Below are positions 55,171 through 64,000 of a DNA stretch of 64,000 nucleotides, piece after piece. The stretch lies in the NCBI RefSeq assembly GCF_006345805.1, contig NC_043015.1, positions 51,832,001-51,896,000 on the forward strand, written 5' to 3'. The translations under genes were made by a program, and so were the position numbers. The notes under the pieces were generated by a model. That model searched no databases, was not told the DNA's origin, and saw nothing but the letters and a program-made list of their open reading frames with translations. Origin of the DNA: Octopus sinensis (taxonomy: Eukaryota). How positions within the stretch are numbered: position 1 is the stretch's first letter; each line of letters starts with the position of its first letter.

Positions 55171-55660
55171 CAATAGAACAAGCTTCAACACACCAACTCA
55201 CATAAAGAATTTTGCAAACCAAATCCAAAAGCGAAACTGGAATCGATGTTACCGACTTAAGCCGTCCCCTGAAATTGATGGGTTGTGCCAAAATTTGAAA
55301 CCAATGTACTACTTAGCCATTTGTCTATAGACCAATAATAAACACCAATTCTTTAAACTTATTTAACACAGACACTAAGTTAATAAACTTAGTTATGAAA
55401 CATATTATTAAACATTTACTCTTTAACCCAGTTAGTTCCTCTGTCAAGTCTCTGGATACGAATAAGCGAATGTCTGATTTGCTGATTTGAATATAATTCC
55501 ATAAATTCGAAGTACAAGATCGATACTCACACTAATAAAAGAATTCATTACTATGTGCTGGTATTTCCAAGACAATTTCATAGACGTGCTAGGTTACTAA
55601 AAATGAGTTTAATCTACAGATTTGGAATACAAATATATACATAAATATATACACACACAC

Positions 55661-55742
<82 letters not shown>

Positions 55743-56759
55743 ATCTAATACAACACAACACATATATATATATGTATATATATATATGTATAATATGTAT
55801 ATATATGTAAGCTGGATGCATTCAGCAAAATCAATTTAAGTAGAAGTTTAATAAAAGTCCCGTTATTCAGTTTCGCATTTGCTTCACTAAATCATTTGAT
55901 ATCTGTCAGCAGACTATCTAAGGATATTGCACAAAGATTATGTTCCTATATAGAAATCATTGAATATATACCTATTTATGAATTTCTAAATATAAACCAA
56001 ACAAAAGTTATCCTGACAATGTGAAACAGCAAATTCTTATTTATTAGGTCTCATGGACTAATACAGAACAAAAATCTCTCTCTCTATATATATATGTATA
56101 CATATATATATATATGTAAATCGAATATTATTTGGCTATACGACTATGCGATAGACAAGCAGTCATCGCCAGTTGATTTAAAACGACGGCAAATGAAAAT
56201 GGAAGGCGAGGTTGTTTGAACAAGATGTCGGAATATGATGTGGAGCTTTATGATTCGTGTTATTATGTTAGTGGGTATTTATCTATATATATTACATTTG
56301 CGAAAGCCTGTTAACAGGAAGAATGTTCTGGTTTTGGCAGACAGTGTAAAGACATCAAAACAAAACTTATCACATATCGAACAAAAAAAGATATATCAAC
56401 AATATGAAATCACGTGCTCCGAATTTAAAGAAAGTGATTATATATACAGAATCACATATATTGAATGCCTGCCTACCTATCTACCTACCTACCTACCTAC
56501 CTACTTAGCTAAATACATACATACATACTTACCTACATATATACCTACCGATTATTCACGCACTTCCTCCCTGTAGCTGCCTTTCTTATCTACGCACATA
56601 TCTAAACATTCACGTAATATATATATATATAATATGCATACATGTAATATACGTGTGTGTGTTTGGATGAGTGGGTGGGTGTGCGCGCACGTCTGTACGT
56701 AGGTATTCGTACATAGTTGATAGTATCTGTCGGTTTGTTTCTCTCTTCTCTCTCTCTCT

Positions 56760-56833
<74 letters not shown>

Positions 56834-56929
56834 TGCTCGAAATGAGGAGTAGATACACTGCCGACAACTGATGAAGGGTCCTCTCTTTGTGTTTACTTGT
56901 CCTGTTATCCATTTTCCTGGTTGTTTACG

Positions 56930-57308
56930 TATTTCAGTCATTTGACTGCGGCCATGCTGTAGCACCGCTTCTAGTCAAACAAATTGACCCTAGGAGTTAT
57001 TCTTTCTAAGCCTAGTACTTATTCTATCGGTCTCTTTTGCCGAACCGCTAAGTTACGTGGACATAAATTCACCAACATCGATTGTCAAGCGATGGTGTGG
57101 GGGACAAACACCGACACACCAATATATATATATATATATATATATATGACGGGCTTCTTTCAGTTTCCGTCTATCAAATCCACGAAGAAGGCTTTGGTTG
57201 ACCCGAGGCAATATATAGTAGAAGACACTTGCGCGAGGTGCCACGCAGTGGGACTGAACCCGCAACTATGACAAGCAGGTTACTTAAAACACAGCCACTC
57301 CTGCGCCT
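56930..57308 (-). mobile_element. SINE family A, full length
   Basis: tttcagtcatttgactgcggccatgctg...cacagccactcctgcgcc. Confidence 0.93.
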
Positions 57309-58099
57309 ATATATATATACAGAATAGAAAATTAAAGGGGATCGGTAGGTGCTATAAGTTAATAGTTGTTTCTGGGGGTTTGGAGATCCATCATAATGTT
57401 GGTAGATGTAGTTCACCAAAATATGTAGCCAGTAATGGAAGTAAATAAGCATTGGATAAATCGAACATCTGTCTTCAGGCTAGAGAAAAATCAGTTCAGA
57501 TCATGATACAGAGATGTTTAAAGGTGGAATATACAGTGCATATTCCTGAATTACCCATCAAGCATTTAAATACAGTAGCGTGCAATATGAGAGAGATTTG
57601 GCTACCACGTTGAGTGACCTCATAGAATTTTCTTCGTTGGACCAAAAGGCCGTAGCTGTTGCGTTGACTGCAGTTAATCCATCAAACCGTAGTTATTATA
57701 TTTGAGTAGTGTGTGACATTGCCAGGCTCAATGTTCTTGACAAATCCGATATTTTTTAATACGTGATGCATTTTCATCTCAGTTGCTCACATTACAAGAA
57801 ATATGCGCAAGAACTGCATCAAAATGTATTTTTGCAGGCCTTAAACCTACAAAAATATATTCCATACATCAGTCCCAGATATATTATAACAGAAAGCGAG
57901 ACGTGATCATTGCAGCTAAAACACCTAAAAATTATTGCTGGTAGGATATGTTATTACGCTTTTAAAGTAGGCAGGATCGGCAAGGTTGATGTTGTATTAA
58001 TGACATAATTACCTGCCGGGTTTTTATCCTTTCTTCCAATTTTTTTCTTCAGCAGTCAGGGTGTGTTTTATTGTCGTTTGTTGCCTGGCTGCGTTATCT

Positions 58100-58640
58100 A
58101 CGTTTAAAAGCTTGTGCTGCATTATTCTACTAAACAGTTACCGTGATTAACTTCCTAGTTTTTAAAGGGAATTCTATAGAGCATGGTTTTGATGTCACGT
58201 AATGTTTTCCTATCTAGTTTTGTTTTATGTCGTGTGTGTTGTAGTACGATGCAATGCCTCCTTGTAAATGCATGTTACGCAAGTGAAGAAGTATCGCATT
58301 TTTATGGCCAAGGTAATTATTAGTCGTGATGTTTATAACTTTCATGTTTGCAAACAAATTCGGAGATAACAGTCATTTGAAGTTTGTTCAGTTTGTGGTT
58401 TCTCGTTTGTGAGAGGTTTATAATTTTAGTGTTTTCATAATATATTATTAACGTGTGTTTATAACTAAGTGTGTTTTGTTCAGTGATTTCTTTTACGACG
58501 TGTTCATCTATTTTATATCTCGAGTGCATTTGGTTCACGTAATGCACTTTCTGTGTGCATCGTTTGAGCTCACTAAATTTAGTGCCCGTTGTATTTACTG
58601 TATTCGGTTTCTTTTCTATAATGTTTTCTAGTTTGGTCAA
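58100..58640 (-). mobile_element. Penelope-like element remnant (linker and GIY-YIG endonuclease)
   Basis: NQMHSRYKIDEHVVKEITEQN...LIIYYENTKIINL...VISEFVC...YLGH...MHLQGGI resembles the PLE linker and GIY-YIG pattern (VVYxFxC...YIG...HLQxG). Many stops. Confidence 0.65.
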
Positions 58641-60061
58641 CTAACTTATTTTTGTATAACAGGTTATTGACTACTGTTGTTTTATCCTATAAACTATCCT
58701 ATAATTTTATCCTATAAATTTTATAGTGCTTCGTGTGCGGAAGAGAATGCAAATGCACTTATGAGAACAGACTTTTACATCTGACATTTTATACCTGTGT
58801 GATAGTGACAGACAATTCTCCGTCATTTTAAGGATATAGAATTCCTAATCCACAAGGGGACATATTGTAAATCATAGGTAGAAATTACTGGACGCGGTAA
58901 AGTCATATGCTACCTCAGGGGACAGGTCATATGATGAAGATTCAAGTTAGTATTACGAGGCAGAATTATTAGATTGCTTTGAAACAAGTTATGGTTCCTA
59001 TCTCACTTTACAGTATTTTGTTATCAAATTCTATAGTGTTATGGCGTGGTGAGATAACACAACCACAATACTTACGCTCGCTTAAGTAATCACCTTTTCA
59101 CTTGTAAATCTCAGGGAGATACTTTATGTGTCTCTATTCATTGTAATGATGTCGATGGCAGATATATGAACGTAGCAACAATAATTGATAAACCTATAAG
59201 CATGAATATATATATGTATATGTGTGTGTGTGAGGGGTGCATGTGTCCTTTGCGCGCACGTATATAAAATGAAGAAAAATAACGGAAATCGTAAAAAACC
59301 AGGAAGCTAGATATTTATGCATATATATATATATATATATATATATGGTGATCGTTGTCTACTCCTTATGCAGAGTTTGAAAACTTCCTGTACCTACAGT
59401 TTAGAACCATCATGGCATCTGATGTGGCTTTTTAAACCAGACAATGTTCTGAAAAGACACCCACATAGATTGCACATACAATTTGGGTCACCAAGAGCTG
59501 CAGATAATGTCTAATCTTTGTGAATCTTAAAATGTATTTTGAGGCTTCCGTTAGATTTGCAAACATTCTGGCATACACTTCATTCAAAGGTGTGCACAGG
59601 CATACATTGATTAATATATATATATATATATATATATATACTGGAGTAAACACATAAATGTGATCAAGGTGGAAAAAAGAGTACTCAAATACCATTTGTA
59701 GAGTACTAAGCTTTATTAAATATATATATATATATATTCATCAATAAAATTCCAATTTAGTCTGGTTTTCAGTTTTTTTTACAAATTTACAATATTGGAA
59801 TATATTACTACGTTCATTATTTTCATGCTTTACACAACCATCAGGTTTATGTAGTCACAGTTGTGCTCCACAATTGAAAGTTTTGGAACACGGCTGTCAC
59901 CACATAAATCAGATGATTGTGTAATGCATGTAAGTACTAGTTTATTTCAATATTGTAAAATTGTAAAAATTTCAAATGATAAAACGGAAAAACCAGATTG
60001 AGTTGAATTTTTATTCATTAATATATTCTTCTATATACACTCAAACTCGAATATATATATC

Positions 60062-60700
60062 AAGAAACTATGATGACACTATGGATGTCATTTATCCTCA
60101 GCCGCCTGGACTACTGTTCTCAGCTATGGTCGCTCTATACTACAAGGACGATAGCAGAGCTTGAAGCAGTCCAACGACATTACGCTAAGAAAGTTACATC
60201 ACTGGAAAGTTTGAGTTACTGGGACAGGTTGAAGGAGCTGCGATTCTATTCCCTGGAACGAAGGCGGCAGAGGTATGCAGATATATATATTATATATATA
60301 TATATATATATGGAAGGTACTGGAAGGACTGGTACCAAACTTCGGACCACGAACAGGACGTCACTGTGTGGTCCCCATTGTGCTGACTGCTTCATCACGG
60401 GCAAGGACGATGTACTGAAATAGCTTGGGTTTCACGAGCCCACAGCTGTTTAACTGTCTGCCGAAGCATCTGAGGAGCCTCCATGGAGTGGATGTAGACG
60501 TTTTCAAACAGGATTTGATCTCTGGATCACCGAGATCCCGGATGAGCCAATATCTAAGCAAGAAACTCAAAAAAGAGGGCAGTAACATCGAACTCCATCC
60601 TTCACCAAAAGCCGCTCCGACAAAGGTGGAAAGTGAAAAGAAGATTACACTAGCGGTGCACCAGCATGGCCACAGTCACTGGACTGAAAACATATAAGAG

Positions 60701-60702
<2 letters not shown>
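60062..60702 (+). mobile_element. CR1/L2-group LINE 3' fragment
   Basis: FILSRLDYCSQLWS...LEAVQRHYAKKV..LSYWDRLKELRFYSLERRR, then QLFNCLPKHLR..FKQDL: typical post-RT region, followed by a 3' tail shared with SINE A. Confidence 0.9.
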
Positions 60703-60731
<29 letters not shown>

Positions 60732-60882
60732 GCATATAAAAATACAAAAAGAACGCAAAACATACAAATATACGATACAAAAACGGACCGGTCATTCGAA
60801 GCCTCTAATCTTCAGTCAAGAACCGGATCATCCTCGCAATTTCGGCTGATTAATCTTGACATATATATATATATATATATAT

Positions 60883-61503
60883 ATACTAAGCAATAAGGGT
60901 TTAGCAACGAGTTGCCTACCACATACCGAATTAGAAATAGCAGTCAATGTTATAGTATTTCTTCTACTAAAAGGGAGATCTCAGTAAACAACAGCATTTG
61001 GAAGGCAGACACAAACAGGTAAGAGAGAATGAATTGACTGCAATCTATCATAATTTTTTAGTTATCCACGGACGTACGTTTCGAAATCAAGTTTTAAGGA
61101 AAGCATACGAACTAGATATTAAATATTAAATAATAATAATTCTATTTACGAAACTTCTTTTCTCTTCAGCGTAGAATACTATAATCAAGAGATTATTATA
61201 TTGGAATTCAATATATAATCATTTATGATTTAGTATCTACGCTGAAGATGAAAGAAAGTTTCGGTAAGATGTTATTTTATTAATATTTAATATCTAGTCT
61301 TATGCTTTCCCTAAAACTTGAATCGAAACGTACGTGGATACTACAAAAAATGTACATAGATTGCAGTGCATTCATTCTCTCTTACATGTCTGCCTTCCAA
61401 ATGCGGTTTTTACTGAGATCTCTTTTAGTAGAAAAAATAGCTAACCTTTGACTGCTATTTCCGGTATGTGTAAGGCAACTCGGGCTCCCTTATTGCTTAG
61501 TAT
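60883..61503. repeat. ~620-bp imperfect palindrome centred on GAATTC (61204-61209)
   Basis: atactaagcaataaggg... mirrors ...cccttattgcttagtat along its whole length; differences are mostly small indels. Confidence 0.93.
61065..61175 (-). ncRNA. Type I hammerhead ribozyme with long stem II (mirror copy at 61233-61341, plus strand)
   Basis: TCTACG-CTGAAGA-GAAA...~70 nt AU-rich...TTTC-GAAA-CG(TA)CG-TC-CGTGGA: canonical core, G10.1-C11.1 pair, GUC triplet. Mirror copy has a 9-bp stem I. Confidence 0.72.
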
Positions 61504-61919
61504 TACGATCAACGGAATGAGGCTTTTACATGAAGACTCGTGTAATTGATAATTTTCCAAATAATTAATTCACACTTCATTATTACGTGTACTATATTAT
61601 ATATAATATATATATATAATATATATATATATATATAGATTATACATAGAGTAGTATGATGCACACGCACGCAAACAAAAGCACAGACACGCATACACGT
61701 ACACACATACGCACATACTTACATACACACATGTGCGTCGACTTTGAGTTTGTTTTCGTTCATGTGCATACGTTTGCGTTTCTGCTTCTAATACGTATCC
61801 CGATATGAAAAGGAATGAATGTGGGTGCGTCCGCGTGTGTTTTCATCTTTGAATGAATAACATTTCTACATGTTATTAGTGAATTTCTAAAACACCCGCA
61901 GAATCAGGATACACAGAGA

Positions 61920-63760
<1,841 letters not shown>

Positions 63761-64000
63761 TGGTATTAAAGATTGAATGTGTTAGCGTTTATGTGTTTTG
63801 CGTTTAAGCAAGTTTGTTGCACATTCTCGTATGATTCTAAATACTTATATTAGAACGTGTGCCGAAACGTTCGTGCATGTTTGTGCGTGTTTCTGCACAG
63901 AGAGGAAAGAGAGGAGAGAGAAGATAATGTAAAAAAAAGACAGCGAAAGATGTGCATGTATTTCTATATAGTGTCTATATATATATCGGTCTGTCTAGGA

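Overview
Eukaryotic, AT-rich window crowded with microsatellites. The tRNA-SINE families and the divergent 28S fragment suggest an octopus/coleoid cephalopod genome (inference). I see no intact protein-coding gene; nearly all listed ORFs are translations of (TA)n, (TATC)n, (TAA)n, (CAT)n or (CA)n. Real content: about 30 tRNA-derived SINE copies from at least 4 families; decayed LINEs (two Tx1/L1-like, one RTE, one RLE/R4-like, one CR1/L2-like); a Penelope-like GIY-YIG remnant; a mariner fragment; MITEs; and a Tigger/pogo element carrying a 28S rRNA fragment with an A/G-rich tail. The most striking signal is a set of type I hammerhead ribozyme (HHR) motifs from at least five sequence-unrelated short elements. 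Several sit in head-to-head palindromes or have an inverted 5' segment, and some have target-site duplications (TSDs). One fuses a tRNA Pol III head to an HHR. Together these suggest a family of non-autonomous, Penelope-mobilised ribozyme retroelements. A few splice and start signals on the minus strand may belong to a host gene (low confidence). All alignments and folds were done by eye.
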